From: a virus
Taxonomy: Duplodnaviria; Caudoviricetes
DNA length: 64,000 bases
Strand: one strand, 5' to 3'
Virus record (IMG/VR): IMGVR_UViG_3300020045_009568
Span: 7,341-71,340 of that record
Shown in pieces: positions 55,595-64,000 of the stretch; positions within the stretch are counted from its first letter, which is position 1; each line of letters starts with the position of its first letter. The position numbers and the translations under genes were made by a program. Under the pieces are notes generated by a model that was not told the origin of the DNA, ran no database searches, and was given only the letters and a program-made list of their open reading frames with translations.

Positions 55595-56523
55595 TATGCG
55601 TATAGTCTTACATCAACAGTTGCGAATTGAAAATTATCGGACAAGTTCCCGGTAAAATCATAGTTATTAAAAAAGAGATCGATAAAAAAGAGCGACCCTG
55701 AAGATGTAGACGAGAATGTATCATTTCTTAATTTACCATCAGCCCAAACTAAAGAAGCCGCAGCAGCGCTATATGCAGTTGCGGTTGTAATCCTAACATA
55801 AAACATCCCTATGCCTGACCTGCGAAATGATACGCTTACATAAGCCGGGTCTGTATTTGGTACGCCTGTATTAGAAAGAGTATCCGCAAATACCACTTGA
55901 ACGCTTGGATTGCTTGTGCCGGACTGATTTAATCTTACTGTCTGGTATCTGAATGGCAGCACTGCATTCGCTGCCACATAAATTGCTACCGCTTTTGCGC
56001 TGGGATATTTTGTATCACTGGCGGCATCTGTCGCAACGTTTGTTGATTTATTGGCGCTGTTCTCAGGCGTATAACCCACGCCGTTACTTAGCACCGACCA
56101 GTTACCGGCAGTTTGACCCGGAGTGTCAACCAGTGCCCTTACGGATGCCCCAATCGAAACAGCAGTGCCACCCAATGTTCCGGCTACAGATATGTACCAC
56201 AAGTCGCCTTTTTTAATTGCCCCCGATATTCCACTGCCGCCTGTAGAGGGGAACGCATTGCCGCTTGCGTCATAGTTGCCACGATCGTCCAGCAACCCGG
56301 TAGTGGCATTGTCTATGTAAGCTTTTACTGCATTTTGAGAAGGCACTTTGTCATTAGCTGTGCCAAGCGTCGTGGCTGTATCAATTTGCGTTTTATTGAT
56401 TTTGCTGTCAATAATATCCTGGTTAAGTCCGCCAATCCTTTCTTTCGTGTTGGCTTCCGGAACAATTTCAGCAACGATCTGCGCTGCTTTCACGCCTAAT
56501 TGAATATCTGTTAACTGTGACAT
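55594..56523 (-). CDS. Short tail fibre/spike-like protein
   Basis: EANTKERIG N-terminal anchor motif; GAIKKGDLWYISVAG...GASVRA fibre motif. Confidence 0.6.
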   Translation of the reverse strand: MSQLTDIQLGVKAAQIVAEIVPEANTKERIGGLNQDIIDSKINKTQIDTATTLGTANDKVPSQNAVKAYIDNATTGLLDDRGNYDASGNAFPSTGGSGISGAIKKGDLWYISVAGTLGGTAVSIGASVRALVDTPGQTAGNWSVLSNGVGYTPENSANKSTNVATDAASDTKYPSAKAVAIYVAANAVLPFRYQTVRLNQSGTSNPSVQVVFADTLSNTGVPNTDPAYVSVSFRRSGIGMFYVRITTATAYSAAAASLVWADGKLRNDTFSSTSSGSLFFIDLFFNNYDFTGNLSDNFQFATVDVRLYA

Positions 56524-56528
56524 AGTGT

Positions 56529-57452
56529 TTAATTGAACGTGTTATCAAATGTGCTGTCAAAAACTCCAGCACGTTTTGTTGTTTGTGATGCATACGCCAC
56601 ATCGCTTGTTAAATAACCAGCAGCTATTGCGGTTACACGATAGTAGTATGTTGTACCTGGTAAAAGATCGGCGTCCGTGAAGTAGGTTAGTGGTCCGTAA
56701 TAAGCAACAGTAGAAGTTGCGAAATATGGATCGTCTGACCTTTCAAGGAAATAGAATTGTGCATTTGCAACGGCACTCCATACTGGCTGTAAAGAATAGG
56801 CGCTCATTACACTTACCTTCATATCGGGAGTTGATAATTTAGCAATGATTGCATCCTGCAATGTTGTGCAAACGGCCATTACCCAATCGCTGTCGATATA
56901 TTCGTCCGAAACAGCTTTTACCCTGTAGTAATAAGTTGTAGCAGCAGAAAGTCCGCCATCTGAAAATAACAGGTCAATCCCAGTGTAAAGCGTAGTTACA
57001 TTTTCGGTAAACCCTTGATCAGTTGCCCTTTCAAGCCTGTATGTTTGAGCATGATCTATTGGCGTCCATGAAAGTTTTATAACACTGCTGCTGTATGGTG
57101 TTGCAACCAGCTTATTAACTTCCAGGTATTCGCTTTTGATAAATGGCGCCACATAAAAAACACCCATGCCCCGTGGAAGAGAAACAGGAATAGCCGGCAA
57201 AAACGCCCTGCTTTTCCCTTTGTATCTTTCAACAGGTATTTTTTCATACGTAGCAATCATGCATCCGTCAGGTATGGTTTCCCCGGAAGGGATGTGCACG
57301 TTAAAATAATCTGCTTTTAATTTTTTATTGATCAGTTGCTCAATAGTCTTCATTATATACGCAGGCTGTACTCTTGCAGAAGCAGAAGGATCGCCGCCGT
57401 TCAACAGGTTTTGAACCTGCTGCATCATGGTATATTTTGTAGTTACTGGCAT
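56529..57452 (-). CDS. Ring-protein N-half fused to two fibronectin type III domains
   Basis: Two repeats of LSW..A..Y.LER.....F...T..Y.G....F.D..L...TTYYYRV.A; ends FDSTFDNTFN. Confidence 0.75.
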   Translation of the reverse strand: MPVTTKYTMMQQVQNLLNGGDPSASARVQPAYIMKTIEQLINKKLKADYFNVHIPSGETIPDGCMIATYEKIPVERYKGKSRAFLPAIPVSLPRGMGVFYVAPFIKSEYLEVNKLVATPYSSSVIKLSWTPIDHAQTYRLERATDQGFTENVTTLYTGIDLLFSDGGLSAATTYYYRVKAVSDEYIDSDWVMAVCTTLQDAIIAKLSTPDMKVSVMSAYSLQPVWSAVANAQFYFLERSDDPYFATSTVAYYGPLTYFTDADLLPGTTYYYRVTAIAAGYLTSDVAYASQTTKRAGVFDSTFDNTFN

Positions 57453-58669
57453 TATTCTGATGCTACGAAAATTTCAATATCAGAAGGGGAAATATCCGCC
57501 TGCACTGAAATGGATTCTATGTTTTTAAATGATAAGAAATCGCCACCTGCATTATCTGTACTGAATGACGGATTGCCTAAAACAAACCAGCGTCCGGCTT
57601 CAATTTTTACGTCCAATATATCGGATGCCGATTCAAGCGTTGCCACTGGAACGCCGAAGCCAGAACCAGCGCCGCCAAAATCAACATTACTAATTCCGAG
57701 CGCATCACTTACCGCATAACCTTTTCCTTTATCCAGTACAGAAAAATTATCAACCGCTCCGCAAAGTGCATCTACTGTAATGGCAAATCCGCTACCGGTA
57801 CCGCCAAGGTTTGTATTTGAAGCGCTCAATACATCGCCAACCGCATATCCTGTTCCCCTGCTGGCAATTACAGCTGATGTAACCGCCCCGGCAGAGCTTG
57901 TCAGCAATGCACACACAAATCCAGAACCTGCGCCGCCGAGGTAAACTGGATTGATATTCGCATAAGCGCTGTTTGTATACCCTGTGCCCGCACTTGTGAT
58001 AGTTACTGATGCAACTGCCCCACTGGTTACTACCACTGTTGCAGTTGCGCCACTACCTCCGGCAGGGGCTACTTGCGTCAATGGAACATTTGTATAGGTG
58101 CCGTCAACATAGCCGCTACCTGCAATTTGCATAACAACAGAAGCAACCCCATTTGAAGCGCCAACAGTTACATTTGCAGTCGCACCGCTACCAGTCCCGC
58201 CGGTGAGGGGAACAGTGGTGTACGAGCCAACAACATAACCGGTTCCGCCAACCAGGCTGGCTAATGAAAAAATCACATCGCCACTTACAGAAAAATTCCC
58301 AGTTGCTCCAGTACCAGAACCTCCGGTAAAAGGAATGCCTGTGTAAATCCCGTTTTTATAATAATTGCCTGGCGCAAATGAGCCAAGCGTCTTGATCATT
58401 CCTGTTGTAATTTTCTTAAGCCTCAATCTTACTGCATTGGTGTCATCGTTATTGATGACCGCCAAAAAACGCAGTGTATTGATAGCATAAGTGCCAGCAG
58501 CGGCCTGTGCAGCAATGTTTGCAACAACCGTTTCGGCGGCACCTACCGTAATGGTACGCCTGTCGTATTCGTTAATGTTGGTTGCTGTGAAATTTTTCTC
58601 CATGGTAAAATCTCCAAGCTTTACCGAAAGAGAAACTTTCATTTTTTCATTTACAATTTTTGTTGCCAT
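57452..58669 (-). CDS. Virion protein with tandem Gly-rich beta repeats
   Basis: Repeats of GxGYxxGxYTxVPLTGGxGxGAxAxVxV between short non-repetitive N- and C-terminal regions. Confidence 0.7.
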   Translation of the reverse strand: MATKIVNEKMKVSLSVKLGDFTMEKNFTATNINEYDRRTITVGAAETVVANIAAQAAAGTYAINTLRFLAVINNDDTNAVRLRLKKITTGMIKTLGSFAPGNYYKNGIYTGIPFTGGSGTGATGNFSVSGDVIFSLASLVGGTGYVVGSYTTVPLTGGTGSGATANVTVGASNGVASVVMQIAGSGYVDGTYTNVPLTQVAPAGGSGATATVVVTSGAVASVTITSAGTGYTNSAYANINPVYLGGAGSGFVCALLTSSAGAVTSAVIASRGTGYAVGDVLSASNTNLGGTGSGFAITVDALCGAVDNFSVLDKGKGYAVSDALGISNVDFGGAGSGFGVPVATLESASDILDVKIEAGRWFVLGNPSFSTDNAGGDFLSFKNIESISVQADISPSDIEIFVASE

Positions 58670-58671
58670 GG

Positions 58672-59340
58672 TTATGGTTTTTGCTGGTCTTTTATTTCTG
58701 TGTACTGCTGCAATCTTTCACTTTGAATATTCACGCCCAATAACTGCAGCGCTTTAAATATGATTGGTAAAATGTAATTGTCCGACCACTCCAATTGTGT
58801 ACTGTTGTTCCTGTTATAGTCTTCTTTTCGTCCATCATAACTTGCTTCAAAGTGTGGGGCATCAGGGTTTTTCAGGTAGAATACATGCCCTGTGTTCGGC
58901 ACTTCCGGATATAGCTGAATTTTGCCAAGCTCCGGCTCTGTTGCAATAGGCGTTAGTTTTGTTACGGGCTCCATCTGGCTTTTAAGCCTTTCGGCCAGTT
59001 CATCCTCATTGATAACAACTATCTTTTGAGGTAGTACCTGCTGGCGTTTATTATCGTAAGGAACAGTGTACAGCGCAAGTAAATGGGAGTACTTAAACTT
59101 TTCATCGGATAAATCAATGAGCCCTTTCGGCGTAGTTTGATCAGTAAATGTGTGCTTAATTTTGAAGGGAGATAAAGCGTCAATCGCTTCCTGGTCTTTG
59201 GCAAAATACCTTTTGTAGTAAAGATTGTAGTGCCATATTGATGCAGTGTGTATTGCTGAATCTATTTCTTTCCTTGTCCAAAAGTTTAATTCTCTGTTGG
59301 CAAGAAAATACAAGTCGTTATGAATTGATAAAAGATCCAA
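58672..59340 (-). CDS. Tail ring/head-tail connector-type protein (222 aa)
   Basis: Helical N-terminus (WTRKEIDSAIHTAS), IQLYP beta region, helical C-terminus. Confidence 0.55.
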   Translation of the reverse strand: MDLLSIHNDLYFLANRELNFWTRKEIDSAIHTASIWHYNLYYKRYFAKDQEAIDALSPFKIKHTFTDQTTPKGLIDLSDEKFKYSHLLALYTVPYDNKRQQVLPQKIVVINEDELAERLKSQMEPVTKLTPIATEPELGKIQLYPEVPNTGHVFYLKNPDAPHFEASYDGRKEDYNRNNSTQLEWSDNYILPIIFKALQLLGVNIQSERLQQYTEIKDQQKP

Positions 59341-59364
59341 AATAATAGGGTACGGTTTAAAAAC

Positions 59365-59985
59365 TTAATATTTCGCTATCAATCTTCTTGCAGGGATAAT
59401 GTAATGAAGCCCACCTAACATTTGATACTGCTGAACAAACTTTGTTTCAACCGGTATCACATCACCAACCTCACAACTCACTTCTATTTCCGGCATCGCT
59501 TTGATAGTGGCCCTGTCTTGAAACGTCACATTATCACTCAGCGACAATCCGGATTTTGAAAAAAGTTCCTTTTCATTTTTTATTGGCTCCAGTATCACAT
59601 ACTGGTTTGGAACAATTATTTTGCCTTCTCTCACCACGCAAAAAACTTCGCTATAATCAACCTTCCAGTACTCTTCACCGTTATAGCAAACAAGGTTTTT
59701 ATACGTCGGTGTTTCGCCTTCCTCATATCTTTCATACTGGTAAATAACGCCGTAAGAAAACCATATCTCATCACCTTCACGGATGATCATGTTTGTTTTT
59801 TCACGCCAGTATTCACCACCCAGCTTATCCGGAACAGAATGAACAACCCCTTTTAAGGTGGCGTATTCTTCCGGACTGAAAGTTGTATCAATGAGCAGCC
59901 CCTTTTCAGTATCCTGGTATTTTTTTTCTATTGTTACCAGTATGGTGTTAAGCGGGCATTTTAGTTTAGCTATCCATTCCGTCAT
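59365..59985 (-). CDS. Tandem two-domain GroES-like protein
   Basis: Two Cpn10-like halves: PLNTILVT..GLLI..KGVVHSVP..EGDEIWF..SEVFCVV and PNQYVILEP..SKSGLSL..RATIKA..VGDVI..RRLIAK. Confidence 0.7.
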   Translation of the reverse strand: MTEWIAKLKCPLNTILVTIEKKYQDTEKGLLIDTTFSPEEYATLKGVVHSVPDKLGGEYWREKTNMIIREGDEIWFSYGVIYQYERYEEGETPTYKNLVCYNGEEYWKVDYSEVFCVVREGKIIVPNQYVILEPIKNEKELFSKSGLSLSDNVTFQDRATIKAMPEIEVSCEVGDVIPVETKFVQQYQMLGGLHYIIPARRLIAKY

Positions 59986-60004
59986 TTCTCATAAGAAAGG
60001 TTTG

Positions 60005-60023
60005 AAGTCATATTATCTAACTT
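60005..60023. promoter_or_regulatory. AAGTTA-N7-TAACTT-like palindrome, copy 7 (extended tttgaag..cttcaaa)
   Basis: aagtca tattatc taactt at the head of the late arm, downstream of minus-strand TACTTTTG; divergent TAACTTTG near 60097. Confidence 0.7.
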
Positions 60024-60107
60024 CAAAAGTAATTAATGTTTTGTTCAGTAACGTAAAAACATAAGGAATTATTTTTTAAAAAAGGTTAGATAGTATAACT
60101 TTGATTC

Positions 60108-60353
60108 ATGAACCCCCTTGCAAACCATCTGATCATTTCCCCTCATGCTGTAAACAATAAATCCCGCTCAGGGATTAGTCTGGTAATGGAGGAAAGGCCT
60201 TTTGTGGGGAAAGCCACGATAGTTGCAGTAAGTCAGGATATAAAACAAAGCCCGTTAAAAGAAGGCGATACCATTGCCTATCTGGCGAACCAGGAAAAAT
60301 GGCAGGACGGTGTTTGCCTGCTGAATATCGATCACGCCCAAGCAAAACTTTAA
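60108..60353 (+). CDS. GroES-like protein
   Basis: MNPLANHLIISP..KSRSGISL..ATIVAVS..LKEGDTIAY Cpn10 pattern. Confidence 0.7.
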   Translation: MNPLANHLIISPHAVNNKSRSGISLVMEERPFVGKATIVAVSQDIKQSPLKEGDTIAYLANQEKWQDGVCLLNIDHAQAKL

Positions 60354-60357
60354 GCCC

Positions 60358-60642
60358 ATGTATACTTTTACAGCAGACATACAACAGAAGTTGCGAAATA
60401 TTGCAGCCACCATGCGGATGGTATTGGTTTGGACGCATGAAGTGCACCTGATGACCAAAGAGGAAATGGAAGAAATGGGCCATGTTGATGCAGATAAGCT
60501 GGAGGATGGAATGTATGCAGTGAAAATGCCGGTGCAGATTGCCAAAAACCACTACCGGGCATTGAAAAAGAATTACAAGCGCACTGGATGGGATGGCTGC
60601 AGAAGTTATATCATGAAAATAAATGCGCTCGAAAATGAGTAG
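60358..60642 (+). CDS. Hypothetical protein
   Basis: Intact 94-aa ORF co-oriented with neighbours. Confidence 0.6.
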   Translation: MYTFTADIQQKLRNIAATMRMVLVWTHEVHLMTKEEMEEMGHVDADKLEDGMYAVKMPVQIAKNHYRALKKNYKRTGWDGCRSYIMKINALENE

Positions 60643-60743
60643 GCACCAACAATCAGCAATCATTGGCTTCTGGCGTATGGGCAACGATATTTTTTTGATA
60701 GCCGCAACAATGGAGTTAACGCCAGCCGATGTAATAAAAACAA

Positions 60744-61124
60744 TTGAACAATATAAAACAAGACACCATGCAACACAGGATCACTGGAACCATATTTGAA
60801 ATTCAGCCTTTACAGGTTATCAGCGACAAATTTTCAAAAAGAGAAGTTTGGCTTCGCATCGGCGATGACAAATACCCTCAAACCATCTGCATAGAATTCT
60901 CCAATAAAAAACTCGACCGTTTAGCCGAGTTTAGTAATGGAGAAGAGGTAAATATTGATTTTGAATTGCGGGGCAAGGAATATAAAGGCCGGGTGTTTAA
61001 TACTTTGTTTGGAACCAACATCAACCCCATTCCACAGGCTGATCCGTCAAGAGTAATGACGCAGGAAAAAATTCACGAAATGAATACTCCGGTGAATAGC
61101 CCTACGGACGACTTGCCTTTTTAG
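60744..61124 (+). CDS. DUF3127-like OB-fold ssDNA-binding protein
   Basis: ITGTI..KREV..YPQTICIEF..V.IDFELRG.EY..FN.L with acidic DDLPF tail. Confidence 0.85.
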   Translation: MNNIKQDTMQHRITGTIFEIQPLQVISDKFSKREVWLRIGDDKYPQTICIEFSNKKLDRLAEFSNGEEVNIDFELRGKEYKGRVFNTLFGTNINPIPQADPSRVMTQEKIHEMNTPVNSPTDDLPF

Positions 61125-61386
61125 GGATATATGGCTTTGTCGGTTCTATATGTTCCTGCTTATGCAGTTTACCGTTTAGGTAAAGCCCAAATACCACCGG
61201 GGATGCTTTCGTATCATCCTGTATCAAAATGAATGCTGAGTTATAGTCATGCTTCATATTGCCCCTGATTGTCTGGATAGCCTTTTGCTTTGTTACATAG
61301 CCCTGCTTCGATCCATCAATGTACCTGCCTTTTCTTATTGATGCAAACTCAAATTCGCCTTTACTGTTTTTGAATACGTGTATTAT
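61102..61386 (-). CDS. YegP/DUF1508-like ORF with apparent ATA start
   Basis: Manual translation IIHVFKNSKGEFEFASIRKGRYIDGSKQGYVTKQKAIQTI...; 94 codons after an aaaact leader. Confidence 0.45.
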   Translation of the reverse strand: MIHVFKNSKGEFEFASIRKGRYIDGSKQGYVTKQKAIQTIRGNMKHDYNSAFILIQDDTKASPVVFGLYLNGKLHKQEHIEPTKPYIPKKASRP

Positions 61387-61424
61387 AGTTTTAGTTTTTT
61401 GAAATGAAAGGGTACGGATAAAAA

Positions 61425-61853
61425 CTAATCTTTCCAGGTCGCTGCTTTTACAGAGTTCATCTGACCATCTTCAATAGCAGAAATTGCTTTGGAGTAGTAC
61501 CGGCCTTTTTCTCCACGACCTGCGGCATCCCTTTCGATCATACACATGTCGATGAGTTCCGCTGCAATATCTTTCAAATCATCAACCAGCGGCAGGTTGC
61601 TTGGGTTGAAACTTACGCCTGCAGCTTTTTGGCCACCCGTAAGCACATCTGTTTTTACATCCAAAATACTCATGCGTTCCTGCAATGAATACTGATACTT
61701 TTTCATTGCATCCAGTTGGTGCACTAAGCAGCTTTGCAATGCCGGACTAAGTTCTTTGAACTTGTCAGACCCATTTACAAAACTTTCGAGCTTTTGAATT
61801 TTACGTGATAGTTGCCTTTCTTCATGGATAAGGCGGATTTTAAATGGTTCCAT
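61425..61853 (-). CDS. crAss001_48-like domain fused to an Acb2/Tad1-like helical hairpin
   Basis: N: RLIHEERQLSRKIQKLESF..QLDAMKKY..L.ER; C: GVSFNPS..VDDLK..AELID..GRY..AISAIEDGQMNSVKAAT. Confidence 0.65.
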   Translation of the reverse strand: MEPFKIRLIHEERQLSRKIQKLESFVNGSDKFKELSPALQSCLVHQLDAMKKYQYSLQERMSILDVKTDVLTGGQKAAGVSFNPSNLPLVDDLKDIAAELIDMCMIERDAAGRGEKGRYYSKAISAIEDGQMNSVKAATWKD

Positions 61854-61879
61854 TTTGTGTTTTTATGGTGAATGAATAA

Positions 61880-62299
61880 TTACAGTGCCTTTAATCTTTC
61901 CAGCACATCTGCCGAAGTGTGCCCATCAAAAACATACTTCGCTTTTTCTACTTCCGGAATTTTAAATAGATCCCAGTCTTTGGCTTCGTAGTGGTTGGTA
62001 ATTTGGCCACCAGGTAATACTGCAACAACAACAAACCATCCGCCGCCAAAACACAATTCGCCATCATTGTGCTTCCAGCTTTTATGGACATCATACTTTG
62101 GCGTGATGGCCATTTCGTGTTTCCACATCATCGCCCACTCATTGAACAATGCAGCATTGTAGAGTTTACGAAATTCATACAGATCATTAAATGTGTGGTA
62201 GCCGTCTGAGTAGTTGCATCTTACATTTCCGGGGGTATTATTGATACCTTCCTGTACTTCCAGGATTATTCCATTTGTGTCGCTCATTTTTAAAATCAT
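61880..62299 (-). CDS. WDGH-family phage protein
   Basis: SDGYHTFNDLY..HKS.KH.DG..WF.V..LP.GQI..HY..WDLF..FDGHT..VLERL. Confidence 0.7.
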   Translation of the reverse strand: MILKMSDTNGIILEVQEGINNTPGNVRCNYSDGYHTFNDLYEFRKLYNAALFNEWAMMWKHEMAITPKYDVHKSWKHNDGELCFGGGWFVVVAVLPGGQITNHYEAKDWDLFKIPEVEKAKYVFDGHTSADVLERLKAL

Positions 62300-62318
62300 T
62301 TTTATGATGAATAATTAT

Positions 62319-63998
62319 TTACTTTTTAAAATTCCTCTTCATCTTCCTTTGTTTCTTTTTAGGCATGCTGGTAACATGAAAAGCAGAGCATTGATCACAC
62401 CAATAAACACTTGTTAGTTCATGGTCGCAGTATTCATTCAGTGTCTTTATTGCCTGCTTTGCTTCACGCCTGTTTGGGAAGCCTCGCTTTTTGCACCAGT
62501 CCATAGGGATTATTGATATGTTACAAGCCTTGCTCTTAAAATCAATAACTGAGCCTTTATGCTATCGCCTATATCAGCATATCCAACAAGTTTGCCTTTG
62601 AAGTATAGGGCAGAATCAAGTCTACCACGGTCTTTACATGAGCGTCCGCTATCCAGCGCCTTATCAAAAAGTTTCTCATACGAATCAGCAATTCTCAATA
62701 TCGCCGCAGTGCTTGCCTCGTCCTTTACCTGCTGCTTATTATTTGAAATAGTTTGCCCGAGATAAAACATTATGAATGCCATAGCGAACATTGCGAATGC
62801 GTTTTTCATATTTTTATTTATTGATTAAAAATTTATCATCATGAATATTCCCCAGCAGCTTCATATCCATATCATCCAGTTCAATATGAAAGCCCTGGTT
62901 ATCATCAAAGATTCCAAACTCCACTACGTACCGTGTTCCCCACTGTTCCAGTACATCGCCTTCCCAAATGTTTTCTTGTAATGGGTTGTGCTCATATTCT
63001 TTTGGGATGACAAGCATGCCGATTGTTTCCGGATCCACCTCAACGACTTCAACAATGCCGCTCATGATACACCAGCGTTCTTTTGTCTGCCAGTCTTTGC
63101 CCGAAAACGGCAATGGATAACCATAAACCCACTGGCCGTCACTCTTTCCTTTTGCTCTGGATATTCGCTGGTGCATAGGGGAGGGGAGTTATTTTTCATT
63201 ATACATCCCATCAACTAATTCAATAAACGCAGCTATGAGACATAAAAAGCATGCATTGAATGTTAGCGATAGCGCCAACTTGTCAAATCCATAAAATGCA
63301 AGTCGATAACCTATGTAAAAGGCTATCAAAAACGCCATAATGCCTATTATGTTAGTTGCGACTTTTATCATAGTAATTGGTTTTATCACCGGAAGTTCAC
63401 CGGCTTTTCTTTGTATTGGTTTTTAAACTTCGATTCTGCTATTTTCTCCACCTCAATTTTGCAGGACTTACTTATCAGTTGGCCATCCTTCAACCTGGAG
63501 CAAACCCTTGTTGGCGATCCATGCCGGGGATTAAAACAAACACTACCCCTCACTACCCATTTTTCTTTTGGAAGTTTTGTATTGATGAATACATCGCCAA
63601 CCTCAAGGTCTTTAAGTGTCATAAAATGTGCTTTACTTCTTTTCAGCCATCCTTAACCTGTATTCAATAATACCCTCATCAACCAGCCTTCCAGGGTAAC
63701 GGTCCTGCTCAGGGTGGAGATCGGTGGCGGGTTCATTAAGAAAACCCTCCAGCTTCCTAGCGTGCTTCACTCCACTAAGAAGTACCTGACCTGTCTTTTC
63801 GCCATCTGGGCTAAAGAAAGCAGCCCCGGCAGCAACCACACTCCCATCCTCTACGTTAAAGGCCCCTTTCGGCAAATAGTCAAAACCCTTCATTTCGCCG
63901 CCGACATCCTCTTTCAGCCCATCTTCGGTATTTCTCATAACCACCATGCCGGTACGCTGTATGGAAGTAAACATTTCGTCAATAGTGGGCTTATCCAT
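62319..63998 (-). CDS. Other small accessory ORFs at the right end
   Basis: 62319-62504 (CxxC..H), 62510-62809, 63189-63389, 63386-63622, 63633-63998; co-oriented and tightly packed. Confidence 0.6.
62814..63176 (-). CDS. YopX-family phage protein
   Basis: RAKG..GQWVYGY..VDPETIG..IWEGDVL..LGNIHD. Confidence 0.8.
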   Translation of the reverse strand: MHQRISRAKGKSDGQWVYGYPLPFSGKDWQTKERWCIMSGIVEVVEVDPETIGMLVIPKEYEHNPLQENIWEGDVLEQWGTRYVVEFGIFDDNQGFHIELDDMDMKLLGNIHDDKFLINK

Positions 63999-64000
63999 AG

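Noticed and set aside
36038-59747. Numerous plus-strand ORFs overlapping the late genes
   Set aside because: Antisense shadows of long minus-strand genes; no independent motifs.
1-64000. CRISPR array, DGR, or stop-codon reassignment as in some crAss-like phages
   Set aside because: No regularly spaced repeats, no RT or template/variable repeat pair, and long genes are intact in the standard code with all three stops in use.

Overview
Nearly the whole window is one temperate Bacteroidota phage genome. The host assignment (probably Chitinophagaceae-like) is inferred from TAnnTTTG promoters, a DUF3127-like SSB, Q-rule signal peptides and a host-like ArsR. Layout: divergent phage groES-groEL (left edge, groEL truncated by the window), large serine integrase, CI/Cro switch, an early region with a small-RNA cluster, and recombination/replication genes (+ strand, 8-21 kb). 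A long minus-strand late arm follows (lysis, exported fibre-like proteins, major capsid, 775-aa portal, terminase, polyvalent/ejection proteins, podovirus-type tail ring and stabilisation proteins), then a right-end accessory block with likely anti-defence genes. Strongest unexplained signals: (1) a circularly permuted two-piece tmRNA gene with G3.U70 acceptor stem and a GKVIAFGKPQLRAAA tag; (2) two homologous fold-back cassettes (1.3-2.5 kb and 34.3-35.9 kb) built from nested inverted repeats that include inward-facing dif/Xer-like sites and carry unrelated cargo, one a HEPN-motif protein; (3) one GroEL plus three GroES-like genes (four domains); (4) an AAGTTA-N7-TAACTT palindrome (exact or near-match) at seven sites. 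Family names come from motif recognition only; no database searches were run.
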